A DNA stretch of 63,861 nt, filler included, from Choristocarpus tenellus KU-1152 (taxonomy: Eukaryota; Protista; Phaeophyceae), in assembly GCA_964200185.2 (NCBI GenBank). It is 13 parts of 13 records of this genome, joined end to end, with 100 filler letters (N's around TTAATTAATTAA, not from the genome) between each part and the next. Parts side by side here need not be neighbours in the genome. Positions count along the whole stretch, not along the records: positions 12,366 to 19,929 come from CAXNAD020005957.1; positions 20,030 to 22,791 come from CAXNAD020024965.1; positions 22,892 to 26,961 come from CAXNAD020016384.1; 10 more parts are not named here. One strand, written 5' to 3'. Positions within the stretch are counted from its first letter, which is position 1, and the number at the start of each line of letters is the position of its first letter. Under the pieces are notes generated by a model. The model had not been told where the DNA came from. It did not search any database and worked only from the letters and a program-made list of their open reading frames with translations. Shown here in pieces: positions 12,600 to 26,254 of this stretch. Position numbers and translations under genes: made by a program.

Positions 12600-14100
12600 A
12601 AATTTAGAAGTGTACAAGACTAAGAATGTTGACACAGTCAATAGAAAAGAGATGGTAGAGATAAGGTGAGCTCCAGGATTGGAACTGTGCAGGTTCAGCT
12701 ACTTTTCAAGGCATAGGTCTAGCGACACGGGATCATGAGTGAATAAAGAGCAATGCTCACAAGGGTTTCAAGGAGCAAGAAATTGATTCACAGTATTAAA
12801 TATCGAATCAGCACTGTATACAGGACTGGTTCTGAATATCACCCCTCAGCCTTATTTGGATCACTGTGATGTAATATTTTTAGTCAAGGGACAAGGTCCA
12901 ATAGATGTGCGTGTTTCTCTGAGGTCTTTTTGTGATAGGAAGAATACAGGATGAGTGGGCAGGTGGAGGGGGAAGTTGCAGAGGGGAAGGTTTGTTGAGG
13001 AGAAGCCCAAGGAATGGGTGCCTGCACGTGGTTTGTTGGTCCTAGTGGAATTTCGACAGTGTAACAACGCATAACCACCTGCATCAATCAATCAATCAGA
13101 GCATAACATTGTTACGGAGATTTAGTAATACGTAGTATGCATGCGTAAACCTTCACTATCCAATATGAGCATGACCTTCCAGCACCTGAAGCCTCAACTG
13201 ATACCCTATTAAGAATTACATAGTATATGGGTCATGCATCCCACCTATACTGTACCTAGCTAGAGCTCTGCACCAGATCGGTGCAACTGTGGTGTATTCA
13301 GAGGTTGAAGTAGGAGGTTGATGGAAGACTTCAAAGTTGTCACAAAAAGATATTGAATAGATGGGATTCCAAACAAGCAGAAGGAGGTTGTGATCGAAGG
13401 TGTGCTGATCCGAAGGAACAGTAATGGCCGGGCATTTGGAACTTGTGGTAGAGTGTGTTGTGTGATCTCCTAGATCGAGTAAGGGGTGTTGCTGAACTTT
13501 TACGATTCCCCACCAAAATGTACATGTTTTATTATTTCGTCTGATTTTGTCTTTGTATTGCAAGGATTTCGGAACGTTCCTGGATCCCTCTTTGCTTCAT
13601 TTTACAATACTAATACTCGAAGGCACAATGCCCCTAACTTGTTGCACTGACCCCAGCTTAGGCTCGTCTTACTTCTCGGTTTCCAATGACAGAGAGAGGT
13701 ACATGAGTTGTTAGTACAGAAATTGACATCAACTGGAAAACAAGTTAAGGAGGTGAAGCAATCGCAGGATGAATGTGATTTACCTCGAGAGACTGATTAT
13801 TTGCAAAACCTCTAGACCTCCTTCAGGTGTACAACAAAAGCAAAGATGGCATTTTACACTCTCCAATTAACAAAGCCAAAATATTACTATAATTCCAGGT
13901 CCCACAATCAATGTTCCCATTCCTTTCTGTGGCATTCTTTGACTCCCTTGCTGGTATCTTCCTCTGTACCTGTCATACCATGTACACAGCATCAATCTAA
14001 TACCACCTCTACTGATGCCAACCAGAGAACCCATTATTGACTGGTAGTGCAGCCACTTCGAAGTCACATTTCACTAATGCAATCTATTTCGGTTCAACTT
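12600..14100 (+). mobile_element. Degenerate Ty1/Copia RT-RNaseH relic
   Basis: HKGFKEQEID (~AKGFxQxxGID), LDHCDV (~LxHxDV), INWKTS (~ISWKS) and QPENPLLT (~QxADxLT) occur in order with many stops. Confidence 0.4.
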
Positions 14101-14165
14101 TAGCCCAGCTCAACTCCTTGCCTTTGCTTGTGGTATTGGTGGGTCATAGCACTTTTGTACATAGG

Positions 14166-14274
14166 TATAAGAAATATGATAGAATAAAACTGAAGCACCC
14201 TTAGCAGGAACACACTTTAGATATAAGAAATATGATAGAATAAAACTGAAGCACCCTTAGCAGGAACACACTTT
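14166..14274. repeat. Exact tandem duplication (53 bp identical, 56-bp period)
   Basis: TATAAGAAATATGATAGAATAAAACTGAAGCACCCTTAGCAGGAACACACTTT at 14166 and 14222. Confidence 0.9.
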
Positions 14275-17200
14275 GTGTCGTAGGGTTAATACGTTGTTAC
14301 TGCAGCTGTAGCAAAAGAACACACTGAATATAATGCGTATCAAATCTAAATACTTAGTGTGACATATCAATAGTGCTATATAGAAAAACTGAAGCAAGGG
14401 TATACTAAACCCTCCTGCAAAAAGGCCAAAACATGGGCACATCTCGTTTACTTTGGCTCTTGGTTCATATACAAGGCAGAAGAAAAACCACACACCCGGC
14501 AGAGAGAGTAAGACAAACAAAAGAAAAAGGAACAAGGTGGGCCAAGTTGTGGCTGCTGCTAGGGATGTTGGAGACAATATGTAGGCAAGAGAAAAGGGTA
14601 ATGGTGGGGAGGTCATCCTTGAGGTGTGTTTGCACAACAGCAACATATCCTCCAACAGTTCGCTACGCAAACACGAACTGTCAACAGGAATGGCATTAGT
14701 CGACTTCAAAGCTGCCAGGCGCAAGACAGGCATGTGAAAGGTTGTGGCCCAATTGTTACTACAGCATGTGAGGATGAAATGGGGTAGGGGACGGAGTGTT
14801 TCAACAGTCAGCCGAAGGAGATTCAAATATGTTTTGACCTTTGTGCTTGTTTTGTTCATCCTTGAGTCATTCAAAAATATCTATGTACCTGGGGTCTAGG
14901 TGAGACTCAAAAAGAATAATCCACCTGTTGCCTCCTTTGTAATTCCCACAAAACTTTTTTTTCACAGAGGGATAAAAAACAATTGAGCAACCTCCCACCC
15001 ACCGTAGAGACTCACAGCATGACCTCTAACATACATGAGCAGAAGACACCTATTTCCACCCATATAAACAAAGAGACAAGAAAAATTCCAACCAAATTAA
15101 ATTTACTATTTTCCTCTCTACTTCATGAACTAGCCCTAACCAACCACTCAAAAAATCTCTTGAAATATACACACTGACTGCTGTGCATGTAAGTTTCACA
15201 GATACTCCACTTTCTGATGGATAAGAGAAAAAAATTACCCTCACCCCTCTCACCTCTTTTCCCTTTTTTTACACACATTCGAATGCCAATAAAAAATGAC
15301 CTCTTGAAATGTAGTACGAACTGAGCAACATATAAAAAATCTGACCAAATAACAATGTGGGTCTCTCCACAAGGATAAATTGATGTTGCCTTACGGACAC
15401 ATCAAGGGTCCAGCATGCTGGATGACATCCTCAAGAAGTTGCACCAATAGACATGCCCTGCCTGCATTGGGGGGTGTCATAGGTAGTAGAGGGGAGGGGA
15501 GGTGAACGAAATTGTATGCTATGAGCAACTAAGTATGGGACTGTTACAGCTCAACATCCTGGCTGCCTGTTTTCACTGTCTTCCAAACGTTTTCAACCCA
15601 CACAAGAGAAAGAGTGCATGGGTCACAGCATGCGATAGAAATAAGCATGCACCACACATAAATTCAATGGGACCAAAAGTTGGCCTGGTTGTTATCGGAT
15701 ATACAGGTAGAGTTGTACTTCGACACGGCACAAAAACAGGATTCTGCTCTATGGAGAGGTCCTTTCATATCAGGTGTACTTTAACAGGAGATTGAGACAT
15801 GCGCGACATGGGACCTAAGCCTACAAGTGGAGATTTGGGTACCTAGGACCACGCATCCATCATGGCGCACCTCTTCGAGTTGAGTCCCCCTAGATTGGAC
15901 TTTACGTTATAGCATATCAAGGTCGCTGTGTGCAGGAGTGAACTCGACACCATTGGGGAACACAGCATTGAACCTCTCACTCAGGGCCTTCAGGCGCGCC
16001 TAGACGACATTGAGGGATGGTAAGTGGGGGTGGGTTAGAGGGCGGAAAGCAATAACAAAAAGGGAAAGGGAGAACTGCCGATCTACCTCCATGAGCCATT
16101 ATAGTCTTCTTGCGCTCGCACCATAACCTTGAAAGGTAAAAATGATATTTTGCAGTAGCAGATACTCAGAATATGTTCAAGGATTGCACAAAAGGCAAAC
16201 ATCCACGTTTTCCATTCTTTATCATAGTTCATCCCCCCACAACTTTACCACGCCCCAGATTGTGAAGCTTCACCATAAAGGCGCAGACTGGAATCCAGGA
16301 TCCAATCTCTTGTCACCTTGATCGCGTCTATGGCGTCAACCTGCCGCTTGATTTGCCCTTCGGTCGACCGTTTTCGCTGAGCCAGTTTAGATTTGCTGCG
16401 CGCTCCATTCATTTTTTTAACGTATGGTCGTGATCTGGTCATTGCATTCTTTCCCTTGCCTTTGCATAGAGAAGATGTCCCGCCAAGACTGAAGATTTTC
16501 AGGAGAGGAAATGATGATAGGGTGTCATGGGGAAGGAGATGGTGAGCAAATTTTGCTCGGGCCGAGTATATGCAAGGCGTAAGAGACTTGAAAAGGAGGA
16601 GGGACAGGGAGAGTTTAATACTGGCATTCGCACACAAATTGAAGGTCCAGAACAAGGAAACCTGGAGTGAAGGGGGTATGTAGAGGTGAATGGGCGTTGA
16701 TATTTGGAGGAGGTTGCGATTCTCAAGTCAAAGTACCCTAGATGTGGCAAATAGGTATGCGAAACTAGATGTGTCTACTACCCTCGAGTACACCACACAC
16801 CTATCATCAGCATAGAGGAATTTGTTGCAGAGGGTTGGGATAGCCATGTGAGTGGGGATTGCAACAATGTTGTGTACAGCGTTAAGACGGTGCGGGTTGT
16901 GATAGTGAACCTCTTCTGCTGCCTGACCTTGTTGTAGCCACTCGTACCATGTTTCAAATACGTTATGTAAATCGATGCCCGTTGCAAGGTTGTTCCTCTC
17001 CGTTCAGAGGGAACACCACCAACTATGAGGATGAAGCACGTTGTGGAAAGACAAGATGTTGATTATACTGTATGATTTGTATTAATACGTTAAATGCTTC
17101 ATAGTCTGCAAGTAATATAGTAGGAAAGTTGCCTTTACCTTTTTCAACATAATTTCAATTGAAGGAGATGATAAATTCGAACAGATTTAGTCTAACGGAC

Positions 17201-18492
17201 AACGAAAATTGAATCCAAACAATACTTCCGGTTTAAAAATCTCGTCACAAAGAGCATGTTTTGGGGTAGTACAAAACCTCTTCTTGTCCTTCCCCATACA
17301 ATCTACAATAGGCATCGTTGGGTGGTGGATTATAAAACTGATTATATAGAGGTGTGTGGTCTTTTCGATTTTCAGAAGACAAAATAATAATAATATTATT
17401 GTAGGCATTGTTTTTGCTTTTGTGTGAGAGGGATCTTTTACCTTTTTGAGTTGAATGTCAGAAAAACAATTTCGCGTTTTATATTCATATTTTTGTTTTT
17501 TATTTTGTAGTAGTTGTTGCAGCAGAGAAGTATAGTGTATTAGTTATACTACTACTACTATGAATATCCTTGTAGTTGTTAGTGTTTGTTGTAAATAAAA
17601 CAAAACTCGAGATGGTTGGATACTTCGTCACTATTAGGGTTAAAATAAGACACCACGACAACACAACTATAGTCAACGAAGTGGGTGGGGACAAGTGGAG
17701 GTTCTGTTCGTGTTTTTTTTACGCGCAAAATTAAAATGTTTACGGTTGTCTAATTAAGGACCTTTTTTTGTACCATTGGACTAAAAATATATACCAATAA
17801 TCAAAAATATATATAATTATAATTTTATTTTCATGTGACTGGAATGGATGCCATCATTGGTGAAGGCAATGTCCACACAGAGAGAGGTTGAGCTCGTTGT
17901 TCGTTCATCAAATTATGGAACTAGAAAGTATCTAGAGTGGCAGTTTGAGCGAGAGTTTGTTTTGTGCGTGTGGTGGCATGATGGGGAGAAACCCCCATTG
18001 TTGTTGCTGGTGGAATACACATAGAGATCGATAGTGAAGTAGAGTGTGTCAATGACGGCTCTCTCGGGTTAATTGCAACCTGTGGCGAACAGGTTGTGCA
18101 AACTTTGGCTTTGTGCAACTTTATATCCTCTCCTCGAGGAAGCAGGTGAGCATTGACACCCACACACACACTCACTGTTGTTGAATGGGAATGGGGCAAA
18201 GGGATTTTTAAATCGTGACATTTGTTACCTGAGACAAGACCTGGACTGTGGACACAACATCTACCTAGCAACAGCAACTCTTCATACCAAGGTGTGTAGT
18301 CTATTCAATGCAACAAATTAAATCTCATCACACCACCTCTAACCAAGTGACAATGCTCTTGTAGTCGTCTTGCCCTTTGTCAACCATATGCTAGCCTCAA
18401 ACTCTTCCTTGTGTTCCTGCTGATTGTGCTACTGGTTCAGGTGAATGATGTTCCCGAATGTGCCGTGATACTTGGAGGTGTGATTGAGTGGA

Positions 18493-18795
18493 GGCTCAAA
18501 GTACTGGGGGGGGTGGCGGCTATCCATTTTGGGGTCAATTTTTCATGTCACGGTTTTTGGGTGATTTGGTTGCATACCTCAGATGGAAAATGTAAGTGCA
18601 CTTTTCCTGGTTATGACCCAAATGGACACCCTGATGTAGACCCCCCCCCCCCCCCCCCCCCCCCACCTGTTTTGTGCCTCCCCCCCCCTTNNNNNNNNNN
18701 CCAGGTGGAAAATGTAAATTCCCTTTTTCTTCTTTTTCCCCAAAAGGACCCCCCTGTGTTGCCCCCCCCCCCCCCCCCCCCAGACAATTTGGATG
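18493..18795 (+). mobile_element. MITE family B copy spanning a 10-N gap
   Basis: GGCTCAAAGTACTGGGGGGGGTGGCGGCTATCCATTTTGGGGTCAATT... is collinear with 58473-58658. The right part is garbled around the poly-C tract and the gap. Confidence 0.75.
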
Positions 18796-19311
18796 TGGAT
18801 CCCCACAATCTGTTTGAATTCTATTCTTGGCAACAAAGACAGCACACCTCATGTCGTTCGTGGTTCCCTTTTGGAGCGAATGAACTTACTTGTGAAAGAA
18901 CCTCCATACCACTGGTGATCTCATGGTAGACCAGCCCACACTGTTACCCTCAACAACAGTCACCGTTGCCACACTGCTTTTAACCAGGTCAAGGAGAAGT
19001 CAAAGCAGTCATCTCTTACCCAGACTCTTACCCCCCCAGTGTACATGTGAGCATCCACACAGCTGAGGTGTTACTCTCTTACAAAAAGGCATCCTGTACC
19101 ACTTCATCCTCGGCTCCCCTCTACTCAACCCTAGAAACTCTGTTTTCCGCCTCCATTGGCCATTCCCAAAAAGGTAACAAGAAACACTTGTCTCTGCTAT
19201 GCTTCCAACCTACCCCTAAGAAGGTGGGCAAGGACCTAGGGAAGCACCCCAAGAATATATATCAGGCCCCTTCTTGCCCACCTACCCGGTGTCTGCAGCT
19301 TGAAACACATA

Positions 19312-19503
19312 TATCCACATTTGCCTCCAACCAATAACAAAGGAATATAATGCATCTTACAGTAACAGATTTGATTAAGTACGCAAGGCATTTGTCCTGC
19401 AAATACTGTGTATCCACATTTGCTTCCAAACAATAAAAAAGGATATAATGCATCTGTATGGTAATATATTTGATTAAGGACGCAAGGTATTTGTTCAGCA
19501 AAT
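19312..19503. repeat. Two-copy ~99-bp tandem repeat
   Basis: TATCCACATTTGC(C/T)TCCAA...GATTAAG.ACGCAAGG.ATTTGT..GCAAAT occurs twice. Confidence 0.85.
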
Positions 19504-19876
19504 CCTCTTTTTGGGATAGTGCAGAACGGTTTATCTTACATATTTTCCAAAGTATTTATACTATCTCCGTGCCATAAGTCTGTGCCGCGTTGTCCATAAC
19601 TTTTGAAGATGTTATTGAAATTCATTTCTACAAGAAGATTTGGAATCCTTGACGAAATTCTGGTTAGGGATACCTCTTATTATTACTATTATTCTCCATC
19701 CACCACAATTTTATCAGCCACAAAAAGAGCCTCCATGCCTAACCTTCGTTGTGTTTTCAAGCTCACCATACAACTGCCTCTCTTCCTTATCCCTGTTTGC
19801 TCGACACTTAAGTCATTCTCCCCTTTGTATCTAAATACTTGATTGTACACCACAAAAAAGAGCTGCCAAGCCCTCT

Positions 19877-19929
19877 GGGTCAAAGTATCTGGGGGGGGGA
19901 TCGGCGTCCGTTTTTCACCCTTTTTTCGA
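19877..19929 (+). mobile_element. MITE family C left end
   Basis: GGGTCAAAGTATCTG(n)..CGGCGTCCGTTTTTCACCCTTTTTTCGA; the same end occurs at ~43257-43300 and 63770-63861. Confidence 0.75.
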
Positions 19930-20029
19930 NNNNNNNNNNNNNNNNNNNNNNNNNNNNNNNNNNNNNNNNNNNNTTAATTAATTAANNNNNNNNNNNNNNN
20001 NNNNNNNNNNNNNNNNNNNNNNNNNNNNN

Positions 20030-20920
20030 GTGTGAATTATTATCTTTAAAAAAAATTTAGTACGGATATAATCGGATTTACAACTTCCAAAAAGTGTAAC
20101 GCACGGATTTTCAGGGTCATGGATCTCAGGGTGGTCCCACCGATCACCCGAGGCTCAAACAAAGTTGGTTTGGGAACATTGGAAATGTACTATATGAATT
20201 AAGTATGTGATTTGTATCTTAAAAAAATTGTAAGCACGGATATAATCTTAGTTACAACTTCCCAAAAAGTGTAACACACGGATTTTCAGGATCGTGGATC
20301 TCAGGGTGGTCCCACAGATAGCCCAGTGCTCAGACTAAGTTGGTTTGGGAACGTTGGAAACGTACAATATCAATGAAATATGTGCTTTGTATCTTAAAAA
20401 AATTGGAAGTACGGATATAATCGGATTTACAACTTCCTAAAAACGTAATACACGGATTTTCAGGATCATGGAACTCAGGGTGGTCCCACCGATCACCCGA
20501 GGCTCAAACAAAGTTAAGTTTGGAAATGTACAATATGAGTTAAGTATGTGATTTGCATCTTAAAAATTGTAAACGCGGATATAATTGAATTCATAAAAAA
20601 TAGAAATCACGGATAGAATCTGATTTACAACTTCCGAAAAGTGTAACGCACGGATGTTCAGGATCATGGATCTCAGGGTGGTCCCACCGATCGCTCGAGG
20701 CTCAAACAAAGTTGGTTTCGGAACATTGGAAATGTACAATATCAATTAAGTATGTGATTGGTATCTTAAAAAATACAAATCACGGATATAATTGGATTTT
20801 TTTTAAATATAAATCACGGATAGAACCTGATTTACAACTTCCAAAAAGTGTAACGCACGGATGTTCAGAATCATGGATCTCAGGGTTGTCTCACCGATCG
20901 CCTGAGGCTCAAACAAAGTT
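20030..20920. repeat. ~175-bp tandem satellite, about 5 units
   Basis: Anchor GGATCTCAGGGTGGTCCCAC (or a close variant) at 20121, 20296, 20470, 20668 and 20875; periods 175, 174, 198, 207. Confidence 0.95.
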
Positions 20921-21165
20921 CATACGCTCGTCTTCGAATCTAATACCTCCTACAACTCCTCACTGCTCAAGACCGCCTGTTGCCCGAAAAAACCATGACA
21001 GTTGCTTCCACAGCAAGGGGGTGGCTTTTGTCGCCTGCGTCTCCCTCCGTATTTCCCCCTCACCAGCCCGCCAACAATGGTGCGCTGGAGCTTCCTACCA
21101 ATGACGCTTCAGCGACCGGCGCTAAGCTTCGCTGAGGATGGGCTGAACCCATCCCAGTCAACAAA

Positions 21166-22021
21166 CAGGATGACTGCTGCGAGCACTTAGCCTGGGTGAA
21201 GAAGTTCGCGGCAGATGGCGAGTCCTTCCTTGCACACACCTTGGCCAAAGAGCAGGACATCATCCGGGCGTGTGAGAACCGCCACGATCGCAAGCACTTC
21301 GTTGGCGACCGTGTACCTGTGATTAAGCTGGGACCTGGATGTGGATCTATGCTCGCGGCCGGCATTCCCGTCTATACGCAGTTTTTCAAGGCATTGTTCG
21401 GGATATCCAATCATGTCATCGACGCTTGCAAAGGCACACCTAACGCAAGAGCATCAACCGGCGTGGATAGGTGGGTTTGATGTATGTACACAGTGTTACT
21501 TGTACCCGCTACATTTTTCCCCCCGCTTGATGATTGAACAGTAGTCCTACCTGAGAACAATGTGATCCGACCGTACTCACCACATTCACTTTGCAGTTAC
21601 AATGCCTAGATGTCTGATATACAAAGCTAGAGAGATCCCTCCAGCGTGGAGTAATGACTTACCTATGTATGTATATACACGTGCGATATGGTTTCTTACG
21701 CTTGAACAATATCATCTCATCCTACCATACTCACGCTGCTGCAGCAGTTACCACGCGTAAATATATACAGAATTAGAGATCCGATGATGGCATACGATCC
21801 CTCTAGGATTCCATCCCCCTTCCCTTGTATCCACCTCCAACACATATCCCATCCGTTTATATACATACGTGCGCTACTACAACAGGAACGGCACAAACAA
21901 AGATAAGGACATGGCTCCGAAGCGAGACCTGGTGATATCCTGGATAGATTACTGGGTTGATATATACGGGCAGTTCATACCTCACAAGTCCACAATTGTG
22001 ATCTACGCTGCGAACAAGCAG
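21166..22021 (+). mobile_element. Spliced or relic transposase-like N-terminal region (Sola-like)
   Basis: GC-rich coding-like segments DDCCEHLAWVKKF...IPVYTQFFKALFGISN (~VC..FF..LGIS) and WIDYWVDIYGQFIPHKSTIVIY (~W......GD.MP....I.LP), with GT donors at ~21471 and ~22022. Family call is from motif memory only. Confidence 0.35.
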
Positions 22022-23259
22022 GTAGGTTTTGCCCTTGGTTTTGGAGAGGTTGGCTGCACCCTGTGTTGGAGCTAGATGCAAACCGTGTGACCCGGCAGTA
22101 CGTAGAAAAGGTGGATCTTAGTAGTATTTCGAGTGTTGGATGTTCTTTACTTTGACTAATCACTGATATTATGGTTAAAAGAACATGTCAAGATTCGTAC
22201 GAAGTGCAAATTTTTTCTTTTGCTATGTCGAGATTACAATGTTCATGATGATGCTCTTCGTCGGTTTTACGAAGGAAGACAAAATAGCTGTTATTTCAAC
22301 GCCGTGTGCACCTACTCTGCGGCCCCGGGCCCGGTCTGACATTGGTAGGAAAACTGTGTACTTCGTATTTCTAAAGCGCTTCGCGATAATGATGATGATG
22401 ATTGTAGATTCGCCTCCTTTGCCGCTTCTGCAAAAGGCAGCAAGGCCCGAACAGAATGACGCTCATTGCAGATTTACGAAGATCATTGTATTTGCTCTTT
22501 CATAACGCACGATGAAAGCTTGCTTGATCCTGTCTTCCGCGTTCTCAGCCAAGTTATTGGTCAGTCCACCTTCGAGAGATCTTGCAGGGGTGTTCTTCGA
22601 GTGTTCCTTCTCAATAACTCCTCACTTGCCCACAAAACCAACATTTTTAATTAGGAGCTATACAAGGATTATTGGAAAGAGACAATACAGGTGTATCCTG
22701 ACGACCCTTCCAAGCGGGTAAGCAGGGTGTACTTCCTCCGATTGCTCAGAGAGGACAGGCCCAACATCAGGGTGAGGGTAGGAGGCGAGTTNNNNNNNNN
22801 NNNNNNNNNNNNNNNNNNNNNNNNNNNNNNNNNNNTTAATTAATTAANNNNNNNNNNNNNNNNNNNNNNNNNNNNNNNNNNNNNNNNNNNNCGTGTAGAT
22901 CCTGCAGTGGGGAGGGAGGGAGGTTGAAGTAAAAAAAACAAACTCGTCTATGTCTCAATATTGTTAAAAGACCTCCCCTCCCTCTCCTCTTAACCCTTTG
23001 GCAACATGGCTCTCATTTCTTATGGCTTGGGTATAGAAAGGTCTCCCCCTAGTGCAACCAGCTGAAGAGCTTTCAATGTGCTGGATTGGAATTGGAACCC
23101 ACGTGGAGGTAATGGTGTGGGAAGGGGCCCCCTGCCGATGAGGAGCCTCAGTGAGAGCCGATTTGTTTTTGGGATCATCTTCACTGGAGGCTGACTCTCT
23201 TCACACTAACACACACAAAACTACAGCCTTCTTGTGATCTACGATCAGGCCTTACATGT

Positions 23260-23810
23260 ATGTTACAGCGCGCCCCAGAACTCACCTCCATAGGATGTGT
23301 AACTCAAATCCAACGACCTTAAAACGATGCTATGAGGATGTTGCTCTTGGCAACAGTTTGTTAGGTGTCAGGCAGCCTTTTCTTGATACCCTGCTCAGTG
23401 CTTAGCTCAAAGCTCGACTCAATGTTTCGTTCAAGATAAAAAGACTGATTTAAGAGGGGTAAAGATTTTTGACCAAAAGCCCTCTTACTATTTTCATCAT
23501 CCACCCAATTTCTCTGGTCTTCTATGCAACTGCTCTATATGTACCCCAATCATAAACCTTTATTCTGCAACTTCTTAAGACACTTTGACGTTTTCTTCTG
23601 TAATATTTCGTATGCATTCCGAATCTTACTCTGTATCTTCTACGAAATCAGCATTTATTCCGTAAGGCTACCTATGTGTTACCAATCTCATATATTGTTC
23701 GCCCTTGTTAGAACGCGAGAAACAATCCTTGCACTATACGCCTGTCACAAATGTTCACATTTGTTAGAACACAAGAAGAAATGATCGCGCTATTCGCCTG
23801 TAACAGGTAT
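23260..23810 (+). repeat. Dispersed repeat, homologous to 6170-6665
   Basis: Collinear similarity to the reverse complement of 6170-6665. Confidence 0.7.
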
Positions 23811-24116
23811 GCCTGCTTAACAGAAGAAGCAAGCTGGCCGACTGAAGATGTTTTCAAAAGGAGCATCAGTATTCTCGACATACTGTGACAATGATCTCAT
23901 CCTTTTGTCTACATAATACTACTTTGACTGCTGCTAGTCTTCAAGTGGTCGCCACTCTTTGCCATCCTAGGCAGAGCCTCCAATGCATCTACCTTTACCC
24001 AGGTGAAGGAAGTTCAAAGTCGTTCTTTTCCCTCCCCTTGACTTGAGCAGGATAATGTAGGTTCCACTGTCATCTCTTACTCAAACCCCGCTGTGGACTT
24101 GAATACCTCAATCTCC

Positions 24117-24295
24117 AAGTCTGCTGACCCTTGGGTGGGACTCCTTCCAACACTTTCACCACCTCTACCAGCAGGACCTAAGGTCCCCCTACACATTACA
24201 AGGGAAAGTCTGCTGACCCTTGGGTGGGACTCCTTCCAACACTTTCGCCACCTCTACCAGCAGGACCTAAGGTCCCCCTACACATTAGAAGGGAA
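24117..24295. repeat. Two-copy 89-bp tandem duplication
   Basis: AAGTCTGCTGACCCTTGGGTGGGACTCCTTCCAACACTTTC... at 24117 and 24206, nearly identical. Confidence 0.9.
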
Positions 24296-26254
24296 GCTCT
24301 TGTAAAGCCCACAAAAGTGTTCTTCTATTTGGACTGTCATCTCTCAACATGGGCGGTGTGTGGATATTGGTCGGGGCTGCTTCCTGGGGGCAGTCTCTGC
24401 CCCCTTCAACACTTTTCACTCCATCTACAGGACGTCAACTAACTTCCACACTTCTCTTCACCTCGAAAATGTTTGGCTAGTAATTGGGGCTTGAACAGGC
24501 ATTATCAAGACCAACACTCCCTTCCGTCTGTGCTCAATAATTGTTCCACAAACCGCGTAGAGGCCCCACTCTTCCAAAATTATTTTCTCGAAAAATGACT
24601 TCCAACTCTTAAAAAAAACACACAAAAAACAGAGATCAAACCAAGAGACACGAGAAACTTGGAAACAGAACGACAAGGCAAAATGCCAAAAGATTGAACA
24701 AAACAGAAAAAAACCTTTGGCGGGCAAACGCTCGAGCCCATACGCTCCACAAACGCCCGTAAATCCAGGAAAGGTTCAGTGCCATCCACTCTGAAATGTC
24801 AGACGTGCTGGAAAATGCTCCGGATCTTTAGCTCTACACTGCCCAATACACAGCAAACACTTCAGCCAATTCAGCTAGTGACATCCACTGTGTTCAGGAC
24901 AACACTAGTAGTGATCATTTTGCTCTACAACATCAACACCTGCAGTTTAGACAATACCCCGCTGTGTACCATTTGTAGTATAAAAACCGCGATCTTCTTA
25001 TGCACAGGTAATATACCCTCCAAGGTGCGATCTACTAACTCCACCTCCCTACACACATTTCCATTCCTCGTCCTCTGAAATCCCACGCAAGAGCCTTGGT
25101 CCCGAGGTCAAAAACGTGCCCAGGGACTGCTTCTCCCGCCTTTTAACCCTTCCGAACACCACACTCGATGATATTGAATTGCCTATCTTCATCTCGAACT
25201 CGGAGAGACCATCACCTTCAACAAAAATCGATCCTGCAGCCGCAGCGGATGTTCTCCCCCTCACCAAAACTTCGAAAAGGCGTCAGGCATTCTAATCAGT
25301 AACTCAACGCCGCCGCATCTAATATTCTCCTCTCCTATACTTGTTCAAAGTTCTGTACATACACGCACACACTAATAATCCGGGATTCCCGCATTTGTTG
25401 GCCGCTTAACTCACAGACTTGTTGCTAAAAAAATCAAGTAAAATCAATAAAAGGACCATAAAAGGTGGAAAATACCAACCTCCACCCCCCCCCCCCCCCA
25501 ACCCCCCCTAATTTTGGCGATATATATTTTCCTAAACCCCCCCCTTCCCCGTTTTTGACAATACGATAATACTCCAGTTGAGGCAATCAGGAGCCCTCAA
25601 GACAATACATCCCTTATTCCTTCCACTCATTTCTTTCAGCAGATCTATTTATCGTAGTATGTGACCAGGCGTGTCCATCAAAAGTTACCGATCAACGCAT
25701 TCTGTGCTGTGTAGGGCTGTTCAAAGCCGTGAGAAAAAGAAAACAGTTTATGATACAAATAAAAAAATATCAACTACACTTTTATTATTATTAATATTAT
25801 TGTTATTCTTCTTATTAGGGAGGCTTTCAAATTTAGCAGGCGCAGCTTTTTTGAGTTGGGATAGACTGCAATTTTTGAATTCTACCCTTACCTGCACACA
25901 AAATCACTGTGCCTGACTGGATAGTGTCATTGCCGCACCCCGAAAATCACATACGACAGTAGGTTAGGCTATCTTAATTTTTTTTATTATCCTACAGGTG
26001 GAATCGCTTTGACAAAAAAAAATGCAAAAAAAAATCTCTTGGAAGAACTTAACTACAGAGAGAGATGAAAGGGAAGGGAGGGAGGAGCATGGTCCAAGGA
26101 TACTAAAAAAAGAAGTCAAAGCATTGTAATACCACTGCCTCACTGCCAGGACTATCTTGTCACATTCACGACCATACCGCCCCAGTGGAATGTGTTGTCT
26201 CACCATTTAAAATTGAGAGTAAGCTCTTAGAGAAAGAAGGTTCATACACAAGTT

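Noticed and set aside
14257-14874. 205-aa ORF on the minus strand
   Set aside because: No recognisable domain or splice structure and it overlaps a tandem duplication; likely a chance ORF.
16245-17320. Exon-like minus-strand segments (possible THAP or transposase pseudogene)
   Set aside because: The segments could not be joined into a stop-free or recognisable protein.
24720-25100. Retrotransposon RNaseH or integrase-like fragment (ELAEVFAVYWAV / FRVDGTEPF)
   Set aside because: Two incompatible weak motif readings in different frames; not supportable without a search.
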